A DNA stretch of 64,000 bases from Myxococcota bacterium. Lineage in GTDB: Bacteria > Myxococcota_A > UBA9042 > PHBI01 > JAWLBL01. Below, one piece after another: positions 20,301-32,313 of the stretch. The translations under genes were made by a program, and so were the position numbers. The DNA lies in contig JAWLBL010000003.1 of the NCBI GenBank assembly GCA_041687695.1, positions 279,660-343,659 of the forward strand. Reading direction: 5' to 3'. Every line of letters starts with the position of its first letter. The stretch's first letter is position 1. The notes beneath the pieces were generated by a model. The model was given only the letters and a program-made list of their open reading frames with translations, did not search any database and was not told where the DNA came from.

Positions 20301-20322
20301 GGCGTCGCAACGGGCGCGTCAT
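17311..20322 (-). CDS. Large lipoprotein (~1000 aa) with a beta-rich N-terminus and three CxDxxDNDxDxxTDxxDxxC motifs
   Basis: Start MTRPLRRL overlaps the upstream stop; lipobox LAIGC. Motifs CSDTLDNDGDGLTDGADPGC, CEDGLDNDLDARTDSQDALC and CADGIDNDLDGLTDLDDPAC. Confidence 0.75.
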   Translation of the reverse strand: MTRPLRRLALALTTSAVAALAIGCEEPIPPLTSAFARPVDFAYACEGEGQTVLPVAPLDETTEARNDATRCPPVTQGTSTTQGDLFGLVVNQATSEVVVIQLNPASGTRRVLDASAFVPGFSGIPVAESPIAIARAADASAFYVVSAGERAVTRIVIHGFDNNDRGLFDWSATRFDLPGLPAGALVLGPTDAPGTLYVSSANGPELWAFDLTADPAAPPLTRIPTPTRVQALRPLPGPDGDELLVTWVDRPVLSRMAPDGTLLAEAGIAPACSDTLDNDGDGLTDGADPGCWGAADDDEGGIGRSADADLALEPPAFFGGADLCEDGLDNDLDARTDSQDALCDAGDADGETVPQCADGIDNDLDGLTDLDDPACFGAGDLFEVQPGPFGPFIPTVVATEALPTSDIPELAEARTFVYVLDQNGRRIAVFERAGEGFARVNVPLHEATAPAIPFVPYGTPTGPVDTLPAVQAVSLPQLAFQGVTDLQLPGPNLLSLVSSRVRGQLWTRIIADQPGTNQAALPLGLGDGSFTPTGCEPGRTDQGLCWQPPGDDFTWFVFGTRLDGAIQLIRAVFRGVPFHRFADRVTDPAARRIGLSRPRLTLRGRNVTLRGGSPPEGFAFPGPLLEERLSTATGELPDLFRRFGFFPPTGEDDTVDRADLERVLTETWTLTYEGVLPGTDSALGRMLDDTTFFAPNQRFCTHGVQENDWLVLTAAPETLAPELRRDVQITTADGEACVVRPAAVNQVEVRITAVGLDRLTVDPATARLVPNEPVLDEDAIRASGVSLQACRDALEALRLTLGRPDNLIPTDAFTPANLPRRLLYGVRGADAWVVVGSRSGYLHRRRWDPDAEACVTAAPGDPNFAFTSPLIQGRITESTLTAPYTACPVPTTALTVDAVDALGEGDDRFENFSFEAEIFPGCEITDDGEVTIAPSQRDTRWTFETTGPEQPADVRLVGTGIAATLGTLDFERQLLQLDTSGNRVNVLDFDATGLRATFTPSFE

Positions 20323-21607
20323 CGGATCTCCGCCACCTGCACGTGGAAGTAGGGCGAGTCGGGCTGCAGCTCGACGACGCCGACGGTCTGGCTGCGGAAG
20401 TTGGCGACGTACAGGCGGCGCAGCCCCAGCGCCTCGTTGTCCATCAGGGACATCCCGAAAGGCCCGTCGCCGGTGCGGATGATGTCGACGACCTGGCCGA
20501 GCGCCGGGTCGATGACCTCGATGCGCTCGCTGTCGAAGCAGCTGACGTAGACCAGCTCGGGCAGCGGCCCGAACGGCGGCGCGACGACGAGGCCGCCGGG
20601 GCGCACGCAGGTCGGGACCTTGGTCAGGACGGTGGCCTGCGGCTGGCCCTGCGCGCTCTGGCCGATGCCGAGGATGGCGACGCTGTTGGGCGCGCGGTAG
20701 GCGACGTACAGGCGCTGTCCGTCGTGGGAGACGGCCAGCTCGCGGCCGTGGTCGGTGCCCACCGGGGCCGGGATGGAGACCTGCCCGACCAGGCTGAGGA
20801 AGGGGTTGAGCGGGTTGGGGGTGCTGCCCTCGGCGGGCGGCGTGACCTGCAGGATCTGCAGCAGGTTGGTGTTCTTGGTCGAGGCGAAGATGCGGCCCGT
20901 GACGGGGCTCTCCGCGAAGCCGTACAGGCCGTCGGCCAGGTCCAGGTTGCCGACCAGCGCTGGGGTGCCGTCGTCGGCCAGGGCGAAGGTCGCGGTGTTG
21001 CCGTCGATCATGGCGGCGGTGAGGAGGAGGTCCGGGTCTCCCGGGAAGCGCCCCTGGCGGACCAGCACGCCGAAGGGGTCGGGTCCGACCCTGAGGACCG
21101 CGTCCTCGCCCAGGCTGTCGGTGACCTCGACGCGGTCGAGGGCCTGGGCCTCGGGGCAGATCAGGATGCCGCTGCTGGCGCGCTCGCCGCCCGGGCAGCT
21201 GACGGTCGGCTCGGCGGGGGTGCCCTCGATGGCGACGTGGTAGAGCGCGTCGTCTTCGCGGCTGGCGACGTAGCCGTGGACGGCGCTGCGGTCGCCGCCG
21301 CCGCGGGTGAGCAGCCCGAAGGGGCCCGGGAAGCCGCCGACCTGGAAGGCGGCGCTCGGGATGAACTGGTGGGTCACGGCGTCGATGGCCAGGACGGCGC
21401 CGCCCTCGAAGCGCAGGTCGAAGTTGCCGCTGGTGACCCAGACGACGCGGCCGTCCGGGTCGGCGGTGACGCTGACCGGGTAGGACAGGCGGTCGACGGG
21501 GTGGGGCGGCTCGGGGGTCTCGGCGGCGCAGCCGGCGGACAGGGCGAGGCCCGCGGCGGCGACGAGGCCGACCCGGGCGCGGCGCGAGCGGAGGAGCGTT
21601 CGGAGCG

Positions 21608-21611
<4 letters not shown>
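20319..21611 (-). CDS. YncE/YVTN-like beta-propeller lipoprotein
   Basis: TTG start overlapping the ppdK stop, lipobox LSAGC, repeated blades (DPDGRVVWVT, SHDGQRLYVA, LVYVSCF, RRLYVANF). Confidence 0.7.
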
Positions 21612-24270
<2,659 letters not shown>

Positions 24271-24274
<4 letters not shown>

Positions 24275-26334
24275 GTCGAGACCTTGTCGAACGCGGCGAG
24301 CCGGTGGAACAGGGCCGCGACGCGCTGCAGCAGGGCGAGCCGGCGCTCGCGCTCGGCCGGCACGTCGCTCATCACGAGCACCTCGTCGAAGAAGCGCTCG
24401 ATGGCCGGCTCGAGCGCCACGAGACGACCCACGGCCGCCTTGTATTCCCGCCGGTCCAGGGCCTCGGTCGCCGCGTCGCGCACCTGCGCGTAGGCCTCGA
24501 AGAGCTGCTGCTCGGCGGGCTCGCTCAGCGTCGCCGGGTCCAGCGCGTACTCGGCCTCGCCGCTGGCGATCTTGACGATGCGCTTGATGGACACGGCCAG
24601 CGCGTCCCAGTCGCTGGTCTGCTTCATCGCGGCCAGCGCCTCGAGGCGACCGCGCGCGTCGGCCGGGTCCTCGAAGCCGACGGACAGCGCCGCCTCGACC
24701 AGATCGGTCGGGTGGTCGGTCGCCAGGGCGGCCTTGAGGCGGCCGCGGAAGAACTCGAGCAGGCGCGCCTCGAGGTCGGGCCAGGCGACGTCGAGCTGCA
24801 GGCCCGCCGCCTGCACGTTGGCCCAGGCCAGGTCCAGGGCGCGGCGCAGCGGCACGGCGCCGCCGAGGTCCTCGAGGATGCGCAGCACGCCGAGCGCCTG
24901 GCGACGAAGGGCGTAGGGGTCGGCCGAGCCGCTGGGCTCGAGGCCCAGGGCGAAGCAGCCGACGACGCTGTCGAGGCGGTCGGCCAGCGCCACCGCGCGG
25001 CCGGCGGGGGTCTCGGGCAGCTGGTCGCCCGCGAAGCGCGGCAGGTAGTGCTCGAAGATGGCCTGGGCGACGGCCTCGGGCTCGCCCGACAGGCGGGCGT
25101 AGTCGCGGCCCATCTCGCCCTGCAGCTCGGGGAACTCGCCGACCATCTGGGTCGACAGGTCGGCCTTGGCCAGCAGGCCCGCGCGCCGGGCGGTGTCCGC
25201 GTCGCCGCCCAGCTCACCCGAGAGGGTCGCCGCCAGGCTGGCGATGCGCTGGGCCTTGTCGAGCATGGTGCCGAGGCCCTTCAAGAAGGTGCGCTCGGCC
25301 AGCTTGGGCACGAAGGCCTCGAGGGGCTTGCCGCGGTCCTCTTCGAAGAAGAAGCGCGCGTCGGCGAGGCGGGCGCGCAGGACGCGGCCGTTGCCGTGGA
25401 CCACGACGGCGGGGTCGGTCGGCACCGTCCCGCAGACCACCACGAAGTTCGGCAGCAGCTGGCCGTCGGGGCCGGCCACCGCGAAGTACTTCTGGTGCAC
25501 CTTCATCGAGGTCACGAGCACCTGCGAGGGGATGTCGAGGTAGTGCGGCTCGAAGCTGCCGAGCAGCGGGACGGGCCACTCGACGAGGTTGCTGACCTCG
25601 ACGAGCAGCGTCTCGTCCATCAGCACGCGCCCGCCGGGGGAGGCGGCGAGGGCCTCGGCCTCGCGGCGGATGAGGGCGCGGCGGGCGTCGGAGTCGGGCT
25701 CCACGTAGGCCCGGCGCAGGCCCTCGAGCCAGCTGGCCGAATCGTGGACCTCGAAGCGGGCCGGGGCAAGGAACCGGTGGCCGCGGGTGTGGTTGCCCGC
25801 CAGCAGGCCGGCGAAGGCGACCGGGACGATGTCGCCGCCGAACAGGGCCACGATCCAGTGGACCGGGCGGATGAAGGTCTCGCGCCGGCTGCCCCAGCGC
25901 ATCGCCTTGGGCCAGGTCAGGCCGGTGACCGCCTGCTCGAGGGCGTCCGCGAGCAGATCGCGCGCGCTCTGGCCCGGGATATCGACCGTGACCGCGAGGT
26001 ACTCGCCCTTGGGGGTCGAGACGCGCTCCAAGCGGTCGACGGGGACGCCGTTGCGCTCGGCGAAGGCGAGGGCGGCCTTGGTCGGCGACCCGTCCGGGCC
26101 GAAGGCGACCTTGGCCGGCGGCCCCACGCGCTCCTCGCGGCGGTCCTCTTGCCGTTCGGCGACCTTCACCGCCAGCGCGAGCCGGCGCGGCGTCGCCCAG
26201 GTCGTCAGGCCCTCGTGGGCGAGCCCCAGCGCGTCCAGCTTGGCGGCCAGCGTCCGGCCCAGCTCGTGGCGGGCGCCCTCGACGAGGCGCGCCGGGATCT
26301 CCTCGCAGCCCAGCTCGAAGAAGAGCTCCTTCAT
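24271..26334 (-). CDS. glyS: Glycine--tRNA ligase beta subunit
   Basis: [44 protein letters not shown] and [10 protein letters not shown]. Confidence 0.95.
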
Positions 26335-27230
26335 GCCCCGCCCTCCACGACCGCGCGGTCCTTGCACAGCGGGAAGCCCAGCTCGCGCCGCGAGGCGACG
26401 TAGGCCTCGGCGACGCCCTTGGCGAGCGCGCGCACCCGGAAGATGTACTTCTGCCGCTCGGCGACGCTGATGGCCCCGCGCGCGTCGAGCAGGTTGAAGG
26501 TGTGCGAGCACTTCATGCAGTAGTCGTAGGCCGGCAGGACCAGCCCCTTGTCGAGCAGGCGTTTGCACTCGCTCTCGTAGCGGCCGAACAGCTCCTGGTG
26601 GAACGGGACGTCGGCCTCCTCGAAGTTGAAGTGCGAGAACTCGACCTCGTCGCGGTGCTTGACCTCGCCGTAGGTCACGCCGGGCACCCAGACGAGATCG
26701 AAGATGCTCTCCTTGTTCTGGAGGTACATCGCGATGCGCTCGATGCCGTAGGTCAGCTCGGCGCTGACCACGTCCAGCTCGACCCCGCCCACCTGCTGGA
26801 AGTAGGTGAACTGCGTGATCTCCATGCCGTCGAGCCAGACCTCCCAGCCCAGCCCCCAGGCGCCCACCGTCGGCGACTCCCAGTTGTCCTCGACGAAGCG
26901 GATGTCGTGGTCGGCCGGGTTGATGCCCAGGCGCACCAGGCTCTGCAGGTACAGGTCCTGAATGTCCGGCGGGGACGGCTTCATGATGACCTGGAACTGG
27001 AAGTAGTGCTGGAGCCGGTTCGGGTTGTCGCCGTAGCGGCCGTCGGTCGGGCGGCGGCAGGGCTCGACGTAGGCCGTGTTCCACGGCTCGGGGCCGAGCG
27101 AGCGCAAGAAGGTCGCCGGGTTGAACGTGCCGGCGCCCTTCTCGGTGTCGTACGGCTGCAGGATGATGCAGCCCTGCTCGGCCCAGAAGCCCTGGAGGGT
27201 CAGGATGAGATCCTGGAAGGTCATGCTCAC
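26331..27230 (-). CDS. glyQ: Glycine--tRNA ligase alpha subunit
   Basis: [34 protein letters not shown] and [19 protein letters not shown]. Start is GTG 27230 or ATG 27224. Confidence 0.97.
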   Translation of the reverse strand: MSMTFQDLILTLQGFWAEQGCIILQPYDTEKGAGTFNPATFLRSLGPEPWNTAYVEPCRRPTDGRYGDNPNRLQHYFQFQVIMKPSPPDIQDLYLQSLVRLGINPADHDIRFVEDNWESPTVGAWGLGWEVWLDGMEITQFTYFQQVGGVELDVVSAELTYGIERIAMYLQNKESIFDLVWVPGVTYGEVKHRDEVEFSHFNFEEADVPFHQELFGRYESECKRLLDKGLVLPAYDYCMKCSHTFNLLDARGAISVAERQKYIFRVRALAKGVAEAYVASRRELGFPLCKDRAVVEGGA

Positions 27231-27324
27231 GCGGGGGCGTCCTTTGCGGGTGCTCTGCGGTTCCTCGGGGGCCGGGAGGCGAGGCGGGCGGCGGGGCGGC
27301 GGCAGGGGAGGAACGCGCCGGAGG

Positions 27325-27354
27325 TTGCTAACACCGCGTCGCAAACGGTGTCAA
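27325..27354 (-). promoter_or_regulatory. Putative sigma70 promoter of glyQS (TTGACA-N18-TAGCAA) overlapped by an inverted repeat TGACACCG-N9-CGGTGTTA
   Basis: Perfect TTGACA about 120 nt upstream of glyQ; the dyad spans the spacer. Confidence 0.5.
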
Positions 27355-27448
27355 CGAATGGAGAGGCAGGGCGGGCGCGCTGCGAGGGCGCGCCGCGGGC
27401 CCGTCCAGAGCGGGGACGCGGGGGGCGGGGCCGAGGGCGGAACGGGGG

Positions 27449-28066
27449 TCAGGCGCCCAGGGTGAAGAAGCCGGCCTGGATGAGCCAGAGGTAGCCGGCG
27501 ACGCGCACGACGCGCAGCAGCGACACGGCGATGAAGACCGAAAAGCGCATGTCCATGGCGCCGGCGGTCCAGCAGGCGATGGAGTAGGGCAGGGGCGTGA
27601 GGGCGGCGGCGGCGATGGCCCATGGCCCGTAGCGGCGCACGAGGCCGTGGATCTCGCTGCCCCGGCGGGCGAGGAGCTGCTGGAACCAGACGGTGCGCTG
27701 CAGCAGGCGGCCGATGAAGAAGCCGGTCGTGCCGCCGAGCAGGCTGCCCACGGTGCCCCAGAAGACCACGGTCCAGTAGGGCATGCCGCCGATGAGCCCG
27801 AACATGCTGAAGGCGTCGTTGGGCAGCGGGACCGTGAAGGCGTCCGGGATGAAAAAGCCCAGGGCCACGCCGGGGCCGCCCAGCACGGCGACGAACTGTC
27901 GGCCCAGGGCCTCGAGCGGCTCGCGGAACAGCCAGGCGAGCAGACCCAGGATGGTCATCAGGCCGAGGATGCCGAGCGCGGTCGTCCAGGCGAGCCGGCG
28001 CAGGTCGAGCGGGGCGGCCGCGGGGGCGCCGGACGGGGACTGGAGGTTGGCGGGCGGCAGCGTCAT
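27449..28066 (-). CDS. DedA/VTT (YqaA-like) membrane protein
   Basis: PLPND, GSLLGGTTGFFIGR, RRYGPWAI..AALTPLPY and RVVR. Confidence 0.8.
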   Translation of the reverse strand: MTLPPANLQSPSGAPAAAPLDLRRLAWTTALGILGLMTILGLLAWLFREPLEALGRQFVAVLGGPGVALGFFIPDAFTVPLPNDAFSMFGLIGGMPYWTVVFWGTVGSLLGGTTGFFIGRLLQRTVWFQQLLARRGSEIHGLVRRYGPWAIAAAALTPLPYSIACWTAGAMDMRFSVFIAVSLLRVVRVAGYLWLIQAGFFTLGA

Positions 28067-28229
28067 GGGCGCGGGCGACTCCAGCAGGGGGCGCTTCGAA
28101 GGGTAGGACCAGGCGACGGCGGCGGCTACGACGCGGGCCGACCGGGTCCCGCCCGGCGCGGCAGCGTAGGCGGGACGCCCGCCTCGGGACAAGGTGATCC
28201 GGACCCGATCAGGCGCGGCGCGGGGCGCG

Positions 28230-28736
28230 TCATTGGCACAGCTGGATCTCGGCGATGGATCGGATCTGCTGCAGACACAGGGCCTGCTCGCGGGTGAGCT
28301 GCAGGCACTGGGACATGCAGCGCTCTCCGAAGTCGTCGCCGGTCAGCTCGTCGATCAGGGCCTGCTCCTCGGGCGTGGGCGCGCCGCCGTCGTCGTCGAC
28401 GTGGCGCAGCGCGTCGAGGGCCTCGCGCTGGAAGGTGTCCTGCATCTGGCGGCAGGCGCCGCGGCACATGGGCTCGCTGGCCGGGCCGGCCGAGCAGCGG
28501 CCCGACAGGCACTGCAGGCCGGCCTCGCAGCCCTCGGCCGTGACGCAGGGGCGGCCGGGGCGCGAGCGGAGCGGACCGCACTGGGCGGCCTTGCAGACGA
28601 GGCCGCTCTGGCAGTCGCGGTCCTGCTTGCAGCGCTGACCTTCGGCGGCCGCGGGGGCCTGGGAGGCGCCGCAGGCGGTGACGCCGAGCGCGGTGAGGGC
28701 GAGGAGGGCGACGGCGGCGAGGGGGCGGACGTGCAT
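28230..28736 (-). CDS. Cysteine-rich hypothetical lipoprotein
   Basis: Lipobox VTAC; two Cx5Cx2GLxCx4C repeats. Confidence 0.7.
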   Translation of the reverse strand: MHVRPLAAVALLALTALGVTACGASQAPAAAEGQRCKQDRDCQSGLVCKAAQCGPLRSRPGRPCVTAEGCEAGLQCLSGRCSAGPASEPMCRGACRQMQDTFQREALDALRHVDDDGGAPTPEEQALIDELTGDDFGERCMSQCLQLTREQALCLQQIRSIAEIQLCQ

Positions 28737-28794
28737 CTGCGCGTCAGCAAAGCGGTTTGCCGCCCTGGGTGCAAGCGCATTGGGGAGGCGGCGG

Positions 28795-28833
28795 AACGAA
28801 AGAGGGCCGGCGCACCCGTGGGTGGACCGGCCC
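28795..28833 (-). terminator. Probable intrinsic terminator after sod
   Basis: Minus strand reads GGGCCGGTCCACC-CACG-GGTGCGCCGGCCC followed by TCTTTCGTT. Confidence 0.55.
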
Positions 28834-28893
28834 CGTCTCGCTGCGATGGGGTCAGCTCAGGCCTGACCCCTCGTCCGTCGTCGGCGCGAGCGG

Positions 28894-29493
<600 letters not shown>

Positions 29494-29626
29494 GGATCCT
29501 CTCCGTCGTCAGGTCGGTTCGGTTCGGTAGGTGTCCGATGAAGGCGGCGGGACTGTAGCAGCAGCCCCGGAGATGGCCAACAGGGCGGCGCGCAGGGGCG
29601 CCGCCCGCGTGGCGGTCGTCACCCGG

Positions 29627-30943
29627 TCAGGGGACGAGGTTGGGCAAAAACCACAGGCAGGCCATCGCGACCAGCGTCGGGATGATGGCGCCGGCGAGCA
29701 GGCCGAGGGGGCTGATGCCCTCGCTGCCGAAGCTGCCGCGCAGGATGCCGTAGCCGGCCGGGTTCGGGGCGTTCGCGATGACGGTCAGGCCGCCGCCGGC
29801 CACGGCGCCGGCGACCAGCGAGTACTTGGAGTCGTCGCTGAGGCCCTCGACGAGCGAGCCCAGGTAGGTGAGGGCGGCGTTGTCGGTGACGGCGGTGAGG
29901 CCGGTCGCGCCGATGAAGAGGGCCAGCGAGTCGAGCGAGGCGAGCAGGGGCTGCAGCCACCACTTCTGGAAGCCGCCGAGGACGACGAGGCCGCCGAGGA
30001 AGAAGCCGACCAGCAGGCCTTCCTTGAGCTTGAGCTGGTCCTGGTACTCGTTGGTCACGGTCGTGACGCCCAGGAAGAACAGGAAGATGCCCATGAAGAC
30101 GACGATGTGGTGGGCCGTGAGGACCACGAAGCCCATGAAGGCCAGGTGGATGACGATCAGCCACCACGGGGTGATGGCCTCCTTGCCCGGCTCGACGGGG
30201 GCGGCGAGGGGCTTTTCGTCGAAGGCGGTCAGCTCGCGGCGGAACAGCAGGGCGACGCCGATGGTGTTGATGAGCACGGCGAGGACGGACTTGTAGCCGA
30301 AGAACTCGAGCATGTGGGCGATGTCCCAGCCCCACTTGCCGGCGACCATCAGCACCGGCGGCGCCGCGAAGTGGGTGAGGGTGCCGCCGATGGAGATGTT
30401 GACGAAGAGGACGCCGATGGTGGCGTACATGAACCTCGTCGACATGCCGCGGTCGTAGTAGCGCTTCTTGAGGATGAGCGCCGTGACCGTCATGGCGGCC
30501 GGCTCGGTGATGAAGCTGCCGAGCAGGGGGCCGATGACGAGGGCCACGATGAAGAAGGACAGGCTGCGCGAGATGGGCAGCAGGTTGGCGACGGTGCCGA
30601 TGAGGGTCGAGGCGAAGGAGATGACGGGGCGCGTGGCGGCCATCACCATGATGGCGAAGACGAAGGCCGGCTCGGTGAAGTGGATGACGGCTTCGGGGTG
30701 GCGCCCTTCGAGGTAGGCGATGGCCTGGTCGCCGCCCTCGAGGAAGGTGAAGGCGATGAGGAAGATGCCGGCCCACAGGCCGAAGACGGCCTCGACCTCG
30801 CCGAGCAGGTGGAAGACGTTCTCGCCGATGGACCCCTCGGGGTACTTGTGGGCGAGGTGCTCGAAGCGCTTGACGCTGAAGGTGTGGAGGATGGCCAGTC
30901 CGAAGAGGACGGTGGCCAGGATTTCGACCGTGCTCGGCTGCAA
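29627..30943 (-). CDS. Putative Na+/H+ antiporter (DUF1504 family)
   Basis: TTG start with GGAGG SD. HLLGEVEAVFGLW, GSFITEPAAMT, NISIGGTLTHFAAPP, TDNAALTYL and GGGLTVIANAPNPAG. Confidence 0.8.
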   Translation of the reverse strand: MQPSTVEILATVLFGLAILHTFSVKRFEHLAHKYPEGSIGENVFHLLGEVEAVFGLWAGIFLIAFTFLEGGDQAIAYLEGRHPEAVIHFTEPAFVFAIMVMAATRPVISFASTLIGTVANLLPISRSLSFFIVALVIGPLLGSFITEPAAMTVTALILKKRYYDRGMSTRFMYATIGVLFVNISIGGTLTHFAAPPVLMVAGKWGWDIAHMLEFFGYKSVLAVLINTIGVALLFRRELTAFDEKPLAAPVEPGKEAITPWWLIVIHLAFMGFVVLTAHHIVVFMGIFLFFLGVTTVTNEYQDQLKLKEGLLVGFFLGGLVVLGGFQKWWLQPLLASLDSLALFIGATGLTAVTDNAALTYLGSLVEGLSDDSKYSLVAGAVAGGGLTVIANAPNPAGYGILRGSFGSEGISPLGLLAGAIIPTLVAMACLWFLPNLVP

Positions 30944-31145
30944 AGGAATCCTCCGTAGCGGGGGAAGGTCCGGGAAACGGTGGGGCTTTTCACGTAGCGG
31001 CGCGGCGCATGCTGGCATGGCGGGGGCTGCATGGCAACGTGAACCGGGACGGGGCCTTGAGGCGGGAAGCGGTCGGTGGTAGGCAGGCCGGCGGCGGCCC
31101 GGAGCGCATGGCGGCCATCCGGGAGGCGGAGGAGCGAGGCGCGAG

Positions 31146-32195
31146 ATGCACATCACGATGGTCAAAAAGCGCCTGGCGAGCGGCGAGGCGTGCCCCAAGT
31201 GCCTGCAGGCCGAGGAGGTGCTGCGCGGGCGCGGGCTGTGGGCGCGCATCGACGAGGTGGTGTGGGCCGAGGAGGGGCGCCCCGAGTCGCCGGGGATGGT
31301 CCTGGCGGCGCGGCACGGGGTCGAGCTGGCGCCGTTCTTCGTCGTGAGGGCGGACGACGGGACCGAGACGGTGCACGTCAGCACGATTCGCCTCATCAAG
31401 CTGGCGCTGCAGCAGGCCGCGACGCCGTTGTCGGGCGCGCCGGTGGAGGGGCTCGACGGCGAGGGGCTGGTGCGGGCCGAAGCCGAGCTGGCCGTGGCCG
31501 AGCCCATCGAGGTCGTGCGGTGGGCGCTCGAGCGGTTCGGGGCGGACTGCGCCATCGCGTTCTCGGGGGCCGAGGACGTCGTGCTCGTCGACCTGGCGGT
31601 CCGGACGGGGCTGCCGTTCGGCGTGTTCTGCCTGGACACCGGGCGGCTGCACCCCGAGACGTACCGGTACCTCGAGACGGTGCGCACCCACTACGGGATC
31701 GCGCTCGAGGTGCTGTCGCCCGAGCCGGCCGCGGTGCAGGATCTCGTGCGGCGCAAGGGGCTGTTCAGCTTCCTCGAGGACGGCCACGGCGAGTGCTGCG
31801 GCGTGCGCAAGGTGGCGCCGCTGAAGGCGCACCTGGCCGGCCAGCGGGCCTGGATGACCGGGCAGCGCCGCGACCAGAGCCCGACCCGCGCCGAGGTGCC
31901 GGTCGTGCAGGCCGACCCGGCGTTCCGCGGGCGCGGCGACGGGCCGCTGGTCAAGCTCAACCCGCTGGCCAACTGGACCTCGGAGCAGGTGTGGGCCTAC
32001 ATCCGCGGGCGTGAGGTGCCCTTCAACCCGCTGCACACGCGCGGCTTCAAGTCCATCGGCTGCGAGCCCTGCACGCGCGCGACCCACCCGGGCGAGCACG
32101 AGCGCGAGGGCCGCTGGTGGTGGGAGGAGGCCACCGTGCGCGAGTGCGGGCTGCACGTCGCCAAGGCCGCGCCGGCGACCGCCGAGCCGACCTGA
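31146..32195 (+). CDS. cysH: Adenylyl-sulfate (APS) reductase, CysH family, with a fused N-terminal CxxC domain
   Basis: [24 protein letters not shown] plus GCEPC ([4Fe-4S] ligands), GRWWWE and ECGLH. Extra ~90-aa N-terminal domain containing CPKC. Confidence 0.9.
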   Translation: MHITMVKKRLASGEACPKCLQAEEVLRGRGLWARIDEVVWAEEGRPESPGMVLAARHGVELAPFFVVRADDGTETVHVSTIRLIKLALQQAATPLSGAPVEGLDGEGLVRAEAELAVAEPIEVVRWALERFGADCAIAFSGAEDVVLVDLAVRTGLPFGVFCLDTGRLHPETYRYLETVRTHYGIALEVLSPEPAAVQDLVRRKGLFSFLEDGHGECCGVRKVAPLKAHLAGQRAWMTGQRRDQSPTRAEVPVVQADPAFRGRGDGPLVKLNPLANWTSEQVWAYIRGREVPFNPLHTRGFKSIGCEPCTRATHPGEHEREGRWWWEEATVRECGLHVAKAAPATAEPT

Positions 32196-32313
32196 TGGGC
32201 GGCGGGCGGCCGGGCCCTCGGCCTTGGCCCGCGCGCCCGCGTCCCTATTAGATGTTGCTTCGTCCGGGGGCTTTGCGGTTTAACCGCGGCCCTCCGGCCA
32301 GCCAGGACACCCC

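Noticed and set aside
27231..27448. T-box or glycine riboswitch upstream of glyQS (also checked upstream of thrS)
   Set aside because: I saw no T-box (UGGNACC) antiterminator or glycine aptamer consensus, and the leaders are short.
30944..31145. sigma54 promoter or Na+/Li+ riboswitch between the antiporter and cysH
   Set aside because: Only a weak GG-N10-GC match lacking TTGC, and no recognisable nhaA or DUF1646 motif. An Rfam scan would be needed to exclude it fully.
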